Part shown: positions 23,222 through 33,523 of the stretch, piece by piece
Layout: each line of letters begins with the position of its first letter
How positions within the stretch are numbered: position 1 is the stretch's first letter
Origin: a virus
Lineage: Duplodnaviria > Caudoviricetes
DNA length: 34,828 bases
Strand: one strand, 5' to 3'
IMG/VR virus record: IMGVR_UViG_3300034815_000019
Span: 1 to 34,828 of that record
The notes under the pieces: generated by a model
What the model was told of the DNA's origin: nothing
Seen by the model: the letters and a program-made list of their open reading frames with translations, nothing else
Databases searched by the model: none
Made by a program: the position numbers and the translations under genes

Positions 23222-24166
23222 TTAGCTGGTTGTCAGATCGTAAATGCCTGCATGCGCTTTCTCATTGCGAACTTCCAGCGTGTATTCAACCAGAATCTGC
23301 TTGCGCTCAGAATCGCCGGTTTTCGCCAAGTCGTTGGTGCTGAAATCGCGCAGCACGGCAAAGGCCGCGTATTCAGGATCAACGAAGTAAACCACATCGG
23401 TTGGAACTTGACGGCAAGGAACCAGACGCACCTCAGAACCAAGCGGGTCGATATACACGTCCACCGTGTTGCTCACCTTGTTGGTGTCGTTGGCAATGCG
23501 GGTAGCATTGCCGGAAAACGCGCCAGCCTTGCGCTTCTGGAAAGCGTTCATGATGCCCAGCGAAGGGGTGCCGCCGTTAGTCCATGCCAGAGACAGCGCA
23601 TTGTCGAACATGGATTCGGTCAGTACGCGCGCGGTGCCGTCGGTGTAAGCATCAGAGCCGGTTCCGCCTGCGGCAGTGCCGTCAGATGCCTTGTCAATGT
23701 TGGTCTTGATGTACGACTGCATACCGGCGCACTCAGAGGCCAAGGTGTCGTTACCGACGACCCATGCATTGTTTTCAAGCAGGGCCGCTTCCACGTCCTT
23801 CTTGATTTCCTTCATGCGCTTCTTCATCTGGTAAGCCATTTCAGATTTGCGGCCTGCCTTGCTGACGGCTTCCTGGGTTCCGGTAATGCGTGCCACCTTG
23901 TCAGAGATCGCGCGGTAGTTGTACAACCGAGTAGTCGCAGTGATGGCGTCCGTGGTCGCGTCGTCGCCCTCAATCACGAAGTTTGTCGCGCTAACTGCTG
24001 CCAGTGCGTCGATTTGCCATTCGTGCTTGGTGCCGGTCGCCTTGACCTTGGGGATGGCAGACAAAAACGGGGTTTCAGTCGGGGAAATGTCGTAGATGAT
24101 GTCCGACAAGTCCTCGCGGTTGCCGATTGCATCGTTTGTTGCAAATGTATTGGTGGGTTGTGCCAT
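23222..24166 (-). CDS. Major capsid protein (DUF5309/SU10-like)
   Basis: GNREDLSDIIYDISPTETPF...HEWQID...LAKTGDSERKQILVEYTLEVRNEKA. Confidence 0.92.
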   Translation of the reverse strand: MAQPTNTFATNDAIGNREDLSDIIYDISPTETPFLSAIPKVKATGTKHEWQIDALAAVSATNFVIEGDDATTDAITATTRLYNYRAISDKVARITGTQEAVSKAGRKSEMAYQMKKRMKEIKKDVEAALLENNAWVVGNDTLASECAGMQSYIKTNIDKASDGTAAGGTGSDAYTDGTARVLTESMFDNALSLAWTNGGTPSLGIMNAFQKRKAGAFSGNATRIANDTNKVSNTVDVYIDPLGSEVRLVPCRQVPTDVVYFVDPEYAAFAVLRDFSTNDLAKTGDSERKQILVEYTLEVRNEKAHAGIYDLTTS

Positions 24167-24178
24167 GGTTGTTTCTCC

Positions 24179-25204
24179 TTAAACTTTGCCGGTGGCAAGC
24201 AGGTATTCTTCAACACCCAATTTGCCACCCGATTTGCGAACATTGGCCCGAAGGTTGTTCACGCTGGTTTCGTTGCTGTTACGTGGTGTGGTCTGGCCGG
24301 GCTTGACCAACTTAGGCGCGGAAACAACTTTCTTTTCCATTGCCGTCTTGCTGGTTTGCATCCGGTCATAAAGCATTGCCTTGCGCAGAATGGCGACGTG
24401 TGTAGCGTGAGAAATCGAATCCACATCATCCTTTGGAATACCCAAGCTGATAGCGAAATCACGAATCTCGCCGCGTTCCTTGTCTGCAACAACCGGGTCG
24501 CTCCATTCAGGTATCAGCGTCGGCAATGCCTTGGCTTGCTCCTGTAGGAATGCGGCCTGATCCTGCTGCTGCTTTGCGCTGAACTGCTGGCGCTGCTGGT
24601 TTGCCTGATTGGCAATGTTGTTGATATGTGCCTGCCGTGCCTGATAGTCCTGCAAACTGGCCGCGTATTCAGCCGGGTCGGTAACTCGCAACGTCTGCCA
24701 ATCCACGTTCTGAAACTCTCGGTTCAGTTCGTGCTGTGCAGCAGCTACCAAGTCCTCGACCTGCTGTGCTCTTGCTGCGAGTTGCTGGTGGTACTCGTTG
24801 ACCTGTGCTTCAAAGGCTTTGCGCTGGTCGGCAACGGCACGGCTCTCTTTGTCTACATGCGCCCTCAGTTGATAGGAAGCGATCAAGTCGGATAGCTTGG
24901 CTTTGCCTTCCTCACCATCAACCTTAGTCTTCAGGTTCAATGCTCCCAGCTCGTCAACATCCAGCAAGCTCTCGTCAATACCCAAATACTTGGCTAAATC
25001 GGTGGTAGACAACTGCGGCTCAGACTCGGAATCGCTTTCGTCGCTCTCGGGTTCATCGTTTGTTTCTGGTGCGGCCTCGGCTTGTGGTGTTTCCTGTTGC
25101 GCCTCGGCTTGTGGCTTCTTCGGCTCATCCGGTGAGAGATAAGACTCCAAACGCTCTTGGATACTGTCGCCCGATTGGGTAGGGTTCTCCGCTTGCTCTG
25201 CCAT
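24179..25204 (-). CDS. Capsid scaffolding protein
   Basis: Acidic N-terminus, KVDGEE, DWQTLRVTDPAEY, IPEWSD, KAMLYD; directly upstream of the capsid gene. Confidence 0.85.
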   Translation of the reverse strand: MAEQAENPTQSGDSIQERLESYLSPDEPKKPQAEAQQETPQAEAAPETNDEPESDESDSESEPQLSTTDLAKYLGIDESLLDVDELGALNLKTKVDGEEGKAKLSDLIASYQLRAHVDKESRAVADQRKAFEAQVNEYHQQLAARAQQVEDLVAAAQHELNREFQNVDWQTLRVTDPAEYAASLQDYQARQAHINNIANQANQQRQQFSAKQQQDQAAFLQEQAKALPTLIPEWSDPVVADKERGEIRDFAISLGIPKDDVDSISHATHVAILRKAMLYDRMQTSKTAMEKKVVSAPKLVKPGQTTPRNSNETSVNNLRANVRKSGGKLGVEEYLLATGKV

Positions 25205-25272
25205 GTTGTGATACTCCTGTTGAATTGACGTAAAAAACCGGTTCTAGGCCGGTCGGTTTGGGTTGCTCTTGG

Positions 25273-25560
25273 TTAGCGGCGCATCACTCGCTGCAACATA
25301 GTTTTCTTCTGCTCCACTTCGGCAAGCTGGAAGTCAGCCATGACGCCATCTTCAACAATGCGCTCGATCTCGCGGCGGATACCGACCAATATCTGCTTGG
25401 CGATCACTACGCGTTGCGCCTTGTCCTTGTCATCAGGATTGCATGTTAGTGCTTGCGCTTCCAATGAGTTGGCCATGTGCTCGAAGGCCATTTTAAACAG
25501 CTTGTTTTCCAGCAGTTGCCGCGCATCTTCAGAGGCAAATTTACGTGTTTGCGGTGTCAT
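25273..25560 (-). CDS. Conserved hypothetical protein between portal and scaffold
   Basis: ARQLLENKLF motif; synteny. Confidence 0.75.
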   Translation of the reverse strand: MTPQTRKFASEDARQLLENKLFKMAFEHMANSLEAQALTCNPDDKDKAQRVVIAKQILVGIRREIERIVEDGVMADFQLAEVEQKKTMLQRVMRR

Positions 25561-27644
25561 TAACCATCTCCCAATCCAGCGCCTAAACCTGGCTGTCCTA
25601 TGTCTACGTTATAACCGGCAATCAATGCCTGAAACTCCAATTTTGCGGCCTCGATTGCCTCGCGGCTGGCGCGGTCTGCCCGCGCCTCGCTGGCTTTCTG
25701 TTGCAGTTTCATGATTTCTCGCTCATGCTCGAACTGAGCTTTCATCTGCTGAACCTGTCCGTCAAACTGGACTTTCTGCTGCGCCATCTGTAATTGATAC
25801 TGACCCTTGACCTGTTCCGCTTCGGCCAACTGGTTACCTTGCTGCCCCTGCTGTTTCTGCTGCATGGCCTGGGCGAACTCAGGGGTGTCAGGGTCAAGCG
25901 CGTATTTATCCGGTGTCTGGAATCCGAGCGTTTCAGCCAGGTCGGTGAACATGGCGAATGCCTGCTTAGGCCCAACCATACCGAATGATGCCAACTGCGC
26001 TTGTCCTTGTGCGAGCAGCATCAGCTTGGTACGTTTATCCTCTTCGTTGCCGGTGCCGATGCCTACTTTAACCACAAGATCAGTGCGTTCCTTCCATTCC
26101 TGCGGGTTGATCTGCACATACTTGCCGCGCATCCTCACCACCCGCGCTTTGTCCTGATGCTTGATCAGTAGGGAATGGACTTGTTGCACCATTTCCTTAA
26201 CACCGGTTTCCGCAAGCATCCGGCTGATCATTTCAATCTTCTGGCTGGCGCGGTTGAGGTTTTCCATGTACGCGCCCTTGGTGCTCTGCTTGAGCACGTC
26301 AGGATCAAGGCCGGTCGTTGATTTGTTGATTCCGGTGCGGTTTTCTTTGATGTTCTCGATAAAATCCACGACCGGAAGTATCTGCCCGACAATCGGCGTC
26401 GTCATGATCGGCTCATACGATCCCATGACAGGTTCAAGCCCTTTAACGCGCTTGATTCCTCCCGGTGTCGAGGTCATGAAGTCAGCCAGGTTGACGCGCT
26501 CATTAACGGCATACTGCTGATTGTTGGTCAGGTACACGTTGTCAAACAGTTGCCGCATCAGGACGGTCTTCATTTCCTGTAAGTCGCTAAGATCATCATC
26601 CAGCGATTCTCCAACATGCCGATGCGGCACGCGCTTGGAGACGAATCCTGATATCGGAACGGCGTCGATTACTTCGTTCCATTCTTCGCCCTTTGGCAGC
26701 TTGTCGCTGACCGTTACAACCTTGCGCAGCTCTGCGATGCCATCGCCGTCCCAATCCACCTTGAGATAAGCCTCGCAGTATTGAATCTCATCCATGGATT
26801 TGTCATAAATTGACGCGCCGTAAGTGTCGGATTCGTCAATCATAGAATCGCGACTACGTACCTGCGCATCGTTCTCGGTTGCGTCCCACGCTGTAAGGCT
26901 GTAAACAAAATCCTTATCCATGCCCATTTCGATCAAGTCGGAACGAGTCTTGCTGGTGACATGCTCAGTGAATGGCGACGACTGCAAGGAACCGCGACAA
27001 CGCTTGGAAACGCGAATTTCTTCTGGCGGAACAGCTTCAATGCAAACCTTTCCGGTTTTGCGCTTGATATGCAGCTCAATGTCTATCAATTGAGACGGCA
27101 TGCCATTGACAATATCTTCCCGGATTTCCTGCCCCTTGATATTAACTTCAGCACCATCTGCTTCGAGGTATGCAACCATATTGGTTAGTTCTTCAATGGT
27201 CAGGCCGCTGTATTCCTCTGTCGTGATCTTTTCGGACTCTTCCCAGAAATGTTTAACATAGCCATTCTTGAGCAGCAGCGCGTCCTTAATGGCGTCATGC
27301 AGCAACATGAAACCGTTGTTGTCGCGCATGATAACCTGATTGGTGTAGTCGCTCTCCTGCTCTGCGGCCTCTTCGTCATCCGGGCCTATCGGATCAAACT
27401 CGGCGATGTTCCCGGACTGAGTGAATATCCGCATAATGGCCGGCATCGCCCAATCTACGGTCTCAGACAGGTCTTTACTGACTACCGCGCTGCGTCCTTC
27501 CATCTCGTTGCCGTAGGGCCGCCCATGATAGTGATCCATTGCCGTGGCCCTATCGTTGGATAGGTCGCCATCTGACACGCCGAGACTATCTCGCCGATGC
27601 GCCTTGATGATGGCAAGCAGTTCTATTTCAGTGATTTTGTTCAT
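25560..27644 (-). CDS. Portal protein (P22-like, Gln-rich C-terminal barrel)
   Basis: 694 aa; GRSAVVSKDLSETV, DALLLKNG, DWDGDGIAELRKV motifs; follows TerL. Confidence 0.92.
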   Translation of the reverse strand: MNKITEIELLAIIKAHRRDSLGVSDGDLSNDRATAMDHYHGRPYGNEMEGRSAVVSKDLSETVDWAMPAIMRIFTQSGNIAEFDPIGPDDEEAAEQESDYTNQVIMRDNNGFMLLHDAIKDALLLKNGYVKHFWEESEKITTEEYSGLTIEELTNMVAYLEADGAEVNIKGQEIREDIVNGMPSQLIDIELHIKRKTGKVCIEAVPPEEIRVSKRCRGSLQSSPFTEHVTSKTRSDLIEMGMDKDFVYSLTAWDATENDAQVRSRDSMIDESDTYGASIYDKSMDEIQYCEAYLKVDWDGDGIAELRKVVTVSDKLPKGEEWNEVIDAVPISGFVSKRVPHRHVGESLDDDLSDLQEMKTVLMRQLFDNVYLTNNQQYAVNERVNLADFMTSTPGGIKRVKGLEPVMGSYEPIMTTPIVGQILPVVDFIENIKENRTGINKSTTGLDPDVLKQSTKGAYMENLNRASQKIEMISRMLAETGVKEMVQQVHSLLIKHQDKARVVRMRGKYVQINPQEWKERTDLVVKVGIGTGNEEDKRTKLMLLAQGQAQLASFGMVGPKQAFAMFTDLAETLGFQTPDKYALDPDTPEFAQAMQQKQQGQQGNQLAEAEQVKGQYQLQMAQQKVQFDGQVQQMKAQFEHEREIMKLQQKASEARADRASREAIEAAKLEFQALIAGYNVDIGQPGLGAGLGDG

Positions 27645-27859
27645 GCTGGAATAATCAACCCGTCGAAATCAGTGTAACCCTGTCCCTCTAGCGCCTTGAT
27701 GATCAATGCGCGGCTTTCTTCCTTGCCCATGCTGGAACTTTGACCAACACGAACACGCGCGGCGTAATCGTTCATCGCTTCGAGCCTGCCGCATATGGCC
27801 GGTTCCTTCTGATTGATCACACGACGTATTTTAAGTTTTGCTTCAGCGGTTTTGACCAT
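27641..27859 (-). CDS. Small hypothetical protein between TerL and portal (start uncertain)
   Basis: 72-aa ORF; ATGA overlap with the portal start. Confidence 0.5.
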   Translation of the reverse strand: MVKTAEAKLKIRRVINQKEPAICGRLEAMNDYAARVRVGQSSSMGKEESRALIIKALEGQGYTDFDGLIIPA

Positions 27860-29043
27860 GATTCCTCATTCTTGCTGATGCGCCTGGCCCCTTCACAGGC
27901 GTAGCGCAAAGCATCTATCAAGTGATTGTCCTTATCTGCCAGAATAGGCAGTACCTTTGAATCGTCAAACGGGTCAGTCTTGTAGCTGTACAGCGAAAGC
28001 TCATCTATCAGATGCGTGCAACGGGGATGCACGATAATGTCGAAGCTCTTCAGGAACTCGACGCCCTCTTCCAGTGACTTGGCCCCCTTGATTGCGGCCA
28101 TGATCTTTGGAAATCCGTTGTTGCGCATGTGGCTGATGGTTTCTGGCCTGGCGCTATCCGCAATAATAGGCCACTTTTCAGACTCAGGAACGGACAGGAA
28201 CAATGCAGGGAGATTTACGATCTCGCAGCCCACCATGTAAGCCTCATAATCCACATAGAGGCGGTTCTTGTCTATGTCGCAGCGCACCAGTACAGAAGGG
28301 TCAACGCTAAATCCCCAATCTGCGCCCAACCGGTGAAGCGTGCCTTCCGGCCTCTCGAACTCTTCAATGCGCCAGTTGTTGAATACCCGCGCCTTGCTGT
28401 TCTGCTGATACTGACCGAGCCAGATATGCGCGTACTTGTCCGGGTCGCGTCGCTTGTCGTACTCGATCTCGTCTATCAGCTCCTTGGGTAGCCAAGGGTT
28501 ATCTGTGTAATTTGCCTCAACTACTATCGCGCCAGGCGGAGGCGTAGCGCCCCGCAGTAGCTGGTCAACAGGGTCAGTAGGGAAACGTGGATTCCAGCTA
28601 AACCAAATCTCGCTACCAGGTGAGCGTATCGTCGGCCTCAATAAATCCAGGCTGCGCTGGCTGGCGCTCTGCGCTTCCTCGAACCACGCTATGCCAAAAT
28701 CTTCCAACGATTTTATAGACTCGCTGGTATGGTCTTGCATCCCCTGGAAGATGATGTTTCCGCCATGCTTGGATTTGATCTGCTCTTGCTGCACCTCGAA
28801 GTATGCCCCGGCGTTCATAGCCTCGATCTTGTTCTCGATGAGCTTCTTGACGGAAAACTTGAGCGATTTCTGCACTTCCCGAAGGCAAACAATATCGACC
28901 TTCCTCCGGATGGATTCTTCCACCACGCAAGAGGCGAAGAAGTGTGATTTTACGCTGCCCCTGCCACCATATGCACCTTTGTAACGGGCTGGTTGAAGCA
29001 ACGGCTCAAACACTTCTGGCGTTTCAATCGTTAGCGAAGACAT
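27817..29043 (-). CDS. terL: Terminase large subunit (PBSX/Sf6-like)
   Basis: GGRGSVKS Walker A, WFEEA Walker B, LRPTIR, GADWGFSVDP, NHLIDALRYA. Confidence 0.95.
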   Translation of the reverse strand: MSSLTIETPEVFEPLLQPARYKGAYGGRGSVKSHFFASCVVEESIRRKVDIVCLREVQKSLKFSVKKLIENKIEAMNAGAYFEVQQEQIKSKHGGNIIFQGMQDHTSESIKSLEDFGIAWFEEAQSASQRSLDLLRPTIRSPGSEIWFSWNPRFPTDPVDQLLRGATPPPGAIVVEANYTDNPWLPKELIDEIEYDKRRDPDKYAHIWLGQYQQNSKARVFNNWRIEEFERPEGTLHRLGADWGFSVDPSVLVRCDIDKNRLYVDYEAYMVGCEIVNLPALFLSVPESEKWPIIADSARPETISHMRNNGFPKIMAAIKGAKSLEEGVEFLKSFDIIVHPRCTHLIDELSLYSYKTDPFDDSKVLPILADKDNHLIDALRYACEGARRISKNEESWSKPLKQNLKYVV

Positions 29044-29125
29044 AAGTTTTATTTATTGATATCGACTGGTGATTGGATGCCAAGCCGTGATTTTTGACAC
29101 TTCACACATAAGCCCATTAACTAGG

Positions 29126-29584
29126 TTAATCAGCTTTGACAATTTTTCGCACGATTTCTGTTATCTGGACGGGCGGCAAATCATCTGCCCCGCCAATAGC
29201 CATCTTGTCTCCGTATTTCTTCGGAGCCATCTTTGAGGCCAGCCACTTACGCGCATCAACTCGCAGCCTGGACCGTGCTACTACATCATGATCGGTGCGC
29301 TCGTTGCCGTCATCATCGGTGTAGGTGTCGTTCAGCCCATCGTCAGCGATAGCAAGAATGTCCTCTGCCATCTTGTCTGCCTGAGCCTCGCGTGCGCGTG
29401 CGTATTGCTCAGTATGTTCTGGCCGGGATAGATATTCGGCCAGTTTCGCAAAAGAAACCCCGCATTTACGGGCTATTGTGCGCAATGGAACACACTCGCA
29501 AACGTCAGTGCAAATAGCATCGATTCCTACGGCGTTTAACTTATCTTGCGCTGGTGTTGCTGGGTTCTTCCTCGCAGCCATCAC
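29126..29584 (-). CDS. terS: Terminase small subunit (Sf6 gp1-like)
   Basis: QYARARE...ILAIADD...RSRLRVDARKWLASKMAPKKYGDK. Confidence 0.92.
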   Translation of the reverse strand: MMAARKNPATPAQDKLNAVGIDAICTDVCECVPLRTIARKCGVSFAKLAEYLSRPEHTEQYARAREAQADKMAEDILAIADDGLNDTYTDDDGNERTDHDVVARSRLRVDARKWLASKMAPKKYGDKMAIGGADDLPPVQITEIVRKIVKAD

Positions 29585-29883
29585 GCCATCACCAACTTAA
29601 TCATCGCTACGCCCATCATGGATAACCCGCCGACTACTCCAGCGATCACCCAGCCCTTGATGAGCTTTGTAGTCGGCTGCTCCTGCTCGATTACCCTAAC
29701 TCTGGCCTCGTGATCTGCCAACTCGCCAAACGCTCGCTCAAGACCGTCCCTGGTCTCTGCGTGGCGCTGCTCTAGGCGCGCTAGAATTTGCAATGACCCA
29801 TCGATTGATCTGACGGCTTGGCGTATCTCAGAGACGCTTGATTCAAGCGCAGTAATTCGATAGTCGATAACCTCTGCGGTCAT
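29581..29883 (-). CDS. Coiled-coil protein with C-terminal TM helix (lysis module)
   Basis: Heptad pattern, RVRVIEQEQP, hydrophobic C-terminus. Confidence 0.7.
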   Translation of the reverse strand: MTAEVIDYRITALESSVSEIRQAVRSIDGSLQILARLEQRHAETRDGLERAFGELADHEARVRVIEQEQPTTKLIKGWVIAGVVGGLSMMGVAMIKLVMA

Positions 29884-30299
29884 TTTGCAGCCCCCTTAAC
29901 TTTTTCCCACGACCGCCCCGCTACGTATCCCGTCATCACGACTCCGAACAATTGCAGCACCGGTTCCGGTAATGCCGTCAGCCAGCCCTGAAAACCTACG
30001 GTAAATGCCGCGGCTTTGTCCGGCGCGAACATCGACAACATCCCCATCGGGATAGACCACAGCAGCAGGATATAAACCACGTACAGGAATGACGGCCTTG
30101 CTCTGCTTGTCCATGGGTCTGCGCTCTGCGAGTCTGCAATAATTGCGCTGAGTTGCACTTTTATTCCGTCCAGCTCACCGGCTGCTTGCGCCTTGATCAG
30201 CTCCAGCTTTGCCGCATCGCGCTGTGCTGGGTCTGGGAACAGTTTGTCGATCAGTTTGCCACCGATATCAATGACTGCGGTTAATGGGTCTAGGCTCAT
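29880..30299 (-). CDS. Holin (3TM / GTA-type)
   Basis: MSLDPL..GKLIDKLFPDP, DPWTSRARP, GYVAGRSWEKVKG; true start 30299. Confidence 0.85.
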   Translation of the reverse strand: MSLDPLTAVIDIGGKLIDKLFPDPAQRDAAKLELIKAQAAGELDGIKVQLSAIIADSQSADPWTSRARPSFLYVVYILLLWSIPMGMLSMFAPDKAAAFTVGFQGWLTALPEPVLQLFGVVMTGYVAGRSWEKVKGAAK

Positions 30300-30300
30300 T

Positions 30301-30726
30301 TTACTCCCTCTGAAACTCAATAGTGACTTCATCGCCACGATGCAACGCGGCTTGTACTGCTCCGAACACCCTGACGAGTGCCGGCCTGCTGTTGCTGATA
30401 AAATCGTCGCCCTTGATGTCCCCCACCAGCAAGCATCCTTCCGTGTCTGCGCTGGTGTTTCCAGCATGAATACGGATGCCAGAGAATCCCGGCACGTCCA
30501 TCACTTGCAGCATGTCCTTCTTCCACCTGGTGGAGCGTGTAATTTCCAACTGATAGGCGCCGTAAGGGATGGCTGTCTCACCTTTGATCTTCCACGACTC
30601 GACCGGCTGGCCGTCCACCTCTCTGATGGCGTCCTCCAACCCGTAGCAAACTCGGTCGCCGTTGATGCGCACCTCGCTTATGGTGGATTCTGGGGTGAGC
30701 CACTTGCGGATTACAGCGATATGCAC
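30301..30726 (-). CDS. DUF5675-like (L,D-transpeptidase fold) putative endolysin
   Basis: KIKGETAIPYGAY...VPGFSGIRIHAGNTSADTEGCLLVG; adjacent to the holin. Confidence 0.85.
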   Translation of the reverse strand: MHIAVIRKWLTPESTISEVRINGDRVCYGLEDAIREVDGQPVESWKIKGETAIPYGAYQLEITRSTRWKKDMLQVMDVPGFSGIRIHAGNTSADTEGCLLVGDIKGDDFISNSRPALVRVFGAVQAALHRGDEVTIEFQRE

Positions 30727-30876
30727 CGGATCACACTCCTTTCGTCAGGCATTAAAAAGCCCACCGGATTATTCACAGTGGTGAAGGAGATTAGTTTGTT
30801 CATGGTTAGTTACTTCGCCGAAGCGGGTTAGTTTGTTATGCGTGGAAGCGGGTTACTCACAGTGGGTGGTAAAAGG

Positions 30877-32898
30877 TCATGGCCTTGACGTTCTCGCTAT
30901 CGGACAAGCATCACCGCTGCTAGGCTCATACGCCCCTATACTGGGCGGAACTTGTCTGCGCCGTCCACGAACGTCCGTTTTCATACTTGAGTTATACACA
31001 CCAGATCGGTAGCACGGCGATCCAGTGGACAGTGAAAAATCATAACCGGCTGGATTAGCAAGCAGCGGGTCAGCAATCTTATTGCCAAAGGAAGCATGTG
31101 TCGGGTAGTAACCGGACGCCGGAGAAGCAGCAGAATCAGCATAAAGATTGCTCTGCGTATCCAATTCACCGATGCAGTTATTCGAGCAGTTCGCCGTGGT
31201 CGCCTGACCCACAACCTTGAAGTCTGTGTAGCCTCCGGCATTGTTGACGTTGTTCCCGTGGGACACACAGTTTTTAACGATGACCGTGCCAGTCCCGCTG
31301 AAGTCAGCGTTGATTCCAATATTCAGGTTGCCGTAAGAGGTGCAGCCATATAGCTCCATCCCGGTGTTGGTGCCCTCGTTAGAGAATCCGTCATTTGCGG
31401 TTTTGCTACCCCACCCGTTGCTGTGTGCGATGCAGTTTATCGCCACGAAGGACGCGGCACTTGTCACCGCAGTGGACTGGAACCCATCATCCCCATTGTG
31501 GTGAGCCACAGTACGGACATATACGGGCTTTGTACCAGTAACGTCCGAGCCCATGCCATTTTCTTCGTTGTAGGCCAGTTCGCAATCGTTGAATAAACCC
31601 GTACCGCCGACAGCAGAGTGGCCCTGATAACTGGAATTTCCAGCGCACCGATTGAACACTGTGGCAGAGGTTGCCCCTGTAGCAGTGCGTAACCCGTTAT
31701 GGCAAGCAGCAGTATAGATGTCATTGATGGTGCACGGACTCGTTGCGTTGATGCCGTACACAGTGGATGGCGCGATAGCCACGCCGATCTGTGTTATATC
31801 CAGATCACCGAAGTTCACGTACAGGCGTTGCGTTGTTGCATCATAAAATCGGGACAAACTGTTCGCTACCACCTCAGCAACGGTGGTTGTATCAACTGCA
31901 CCGACAGTCTGGATTGGCACCTGCTTGTGCATGGGTCGCCATGTTGATGCGCTGATCCCACTCTGATTGTAGAATACCAAATCAGGAGTATACAGAGCAT
32001 TATTAACTAACGGCAAGTACCAGACATTGCCGCTGTAATTTACCCATGTATAAGTGGGATCAGTGACATCGATCAGGCTTAAATCATCAATATTATAGGT
32101 TCGGGTAGCAGAGGGGGAGATTATCGAAATCGTCAATCTTCCTTCTGATGGTACTGTAAAATCCTGATGTGTTCTGACAAAACTCGTTGAAGCAACGCTC
32201 CCAGTATTAGCGTCATTCCACCCGTAATTACTCGCCCCACCAGCGCCCCACGTACCAGCAGCAGCTTCTGATGCTCCCTGTGTAAAGTAAGTCGTCGCAC
32301 CCGCCGTACTGATATGAGTAAGCGCATATTTAACTCGGTAGTCAGCGGCGGATGATTCTTTATGGTAAAACTCAAGACGATATGTTCTGTTTGGATAAAC
32401 ATCAACCTGTCTGGTATGGTCTACGGTTGCCGTAGCTGCCGCAATCTGGAGTGAATATAATCCGCCTCGCCCAGTCCCTCGATTTACTCCACCGCCTGCC
32501 GATTTAGTCCATCCATACATTACACTTGCATCTGCTGTTGCATCTGTCCATGCTTCGCAGGTTGCGTTGTCCAGCAAGTTTCCTTTAGCAAGTCCGTGCG
32601 AGACAATCCGCCCACCAACAATGTGAGCACGGCAACCGCTGTTATCAATCTGGCCGGTGCGACCATTACGTAAATCCAGCAGGGGATCGTAATTGCGCGT
32701 GGTATAACCTTGGATGGTCACATTCTTTGCAACAGTCAAACCCTCATTTAGCGGTGCAGCATCAGAGGCAATGACATTGATGGTGTCTGCCACGCTGGAA
32801 ATGGCATAGGCGAAACCCAGCGTTTTAAATGCGGTCGCAGCAGCGGTGCCGTTGTTTGAATCAACGCCGTTTACAGGATCAACGAAGTAAGTAGTCAT
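30877..32898 (-). CDS. Right-handed beta-helix (pectin-lyase-like) protein with a carbohydrate-binding-like insert; putative depolymerase
   Basis: TTYFVDPVNGVDSNNG...AFKTL start, N-x-x-x-G beta-helix repeats, DFSLSTGSPC...PSIGAYE end. Confidence 0.75.
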   Translation of the reverse strand: MTTYFVDPVNGVDSNNGTAAATAFKTLGFAYAISSVADTINVIASDAAPLNEGLTVAKNVTIQGYTTRNYDPLLDLRNGRTGQIDNSGCRAHIVGGRIVSHGLAKGNLLDNATCEAWTDATADASVMYGWTKSAGGGVNRGTGRGGLYSLQIAAATATVDHTRQVDVYPNRTYRLEFYHKESSAADYRVKYALTHISTAGATTYFTQGASEAAAGTWGAGGASNYGWNDANTGSVASTSFVRTHQDFTVPSEGRLTISIISPSATRTYNIDDLSLIDVTDPTYTWVNYSGNVWYLPLVNNALYTPDLVFYNQSGISASTWRPMHKQVPIQTVGAVDTTTVAEVVANSLSRFYDATTQRLYVNFGDLDITQIGVAIAPSTVYGINATSPCTINDIYTAACHNGLRTATGATSATVFNRCAGNSSYQGHSAVGGTGLFNDCELAYNEENGMGSDVTGTKPVYVRTVAHHNGDDGFQSTAVTSAASFVAINCIAHSNGWGSKTANDGFSNEGTNTGMELYGCTSYGNLNIGINADFSGTGTVIVKNCVSHGNNVNNAGGYTDFKVVGQATTANCSNNCIGELDTQSNLYADSAASPASGYYPTHASFGNKIADPLLANPAGYDFSLSTGSPCYRSGVYNSSMKTDVRGRRRQVPPSIGAYEPSSGDACPIARTSRP

Positions 32899-32908
32899 GG
32901 CTTACCCC

Positions 32909-33373
32909 TTAACTGAACCGGCCAATACATGTCACAGTACCGGCACCAGAGGCGTGTAGTGTTACCGCAAAACCAGCTCCGGTAGCAATCGCCTTAACCT
33001 CGCGCACAGTACCTACCGCATCTGTGGTTAAAAATACAGCCAGTACGGTGCCGGATTTATCTTTGACTTCGAGCGCAGCAGTAGTTACTGCAACGGTAAG
33101 CACGACACGTTCAAGGTAGTCGCCAGCCGCCCCAGTTCCTACTGAGGCATCTGCTGTCGTTCTTGCTACGGATATGGACTCGTTCTGCGATTCGACAGCC
33201 AGCACATCAGCATTTACGCGCTCGCCAGACAGCAATACGATGGCTTTTACATCGACATGCTTCGCCCCACCCGTGCTCTTGTCTGCTACAAACGTGTCCG
33301 TCGAGGAATCGTAGCTCTGATCTATCAGATTTCCCACCGAGTCGGTGAGCATACGGGCGGTTTGTGCGGTCAT
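32909..33373 (-). CDS. Hypothetical beta-rich protein, first gene of the late operon
   Basis: 154 aa; GAGGT RBS. Confidence 0.7.
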   Translation of the reverse strand: MTAQTARMLTDSVGNLIDQSYDSSTDTFVADKSTGGAKHVDVKAIVLLSGERVNADVLAVESQNESISVARTTADASVGTGAAGDYLERVVLTVAVTTAALEVKDKSGTVLAVFLTTDAVGTVREVKAIATGAGFAVTLHASGAGTVTCIGRFS

Positions 33374-33387
33374 GGTCTACCTCTGGG

Positions 33388-33480
33388 AAATAAAAAGCCC
33401 CGCGCAGTGGCAGGGCAAAGCAGCGACGACTTAACGCGCTGCGGTGAATATGGGCAATAAAAAAGCCGCCCAATGGCAGC
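33388..33480 (-). terminator. Tandem terminators in the late leader (tR'-like)
   Basis: GCTGCC-ATT-GGGCGGC-T6 and GCCCTGC...GCGGGGC-TTTTATTT. Confidence 0.65.
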
Positions 33481-33523
33481 TAATTTGTGTTTCTTTAGGG
33501 CGAATAATGCCCCGGTATTTGGA

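Noticed and set aside
23252-24547. 431-aa + strand ORF
   Set aside because: It is an antisense shadow of the capsid and scaffold genes with no recognisable motifs.
30820-30856. Direct repeat GAAGCGGGTTA x2 upstream of the lysis genes
   Set aside because: Only two short copies with no supporting context, so no function can be assigned.
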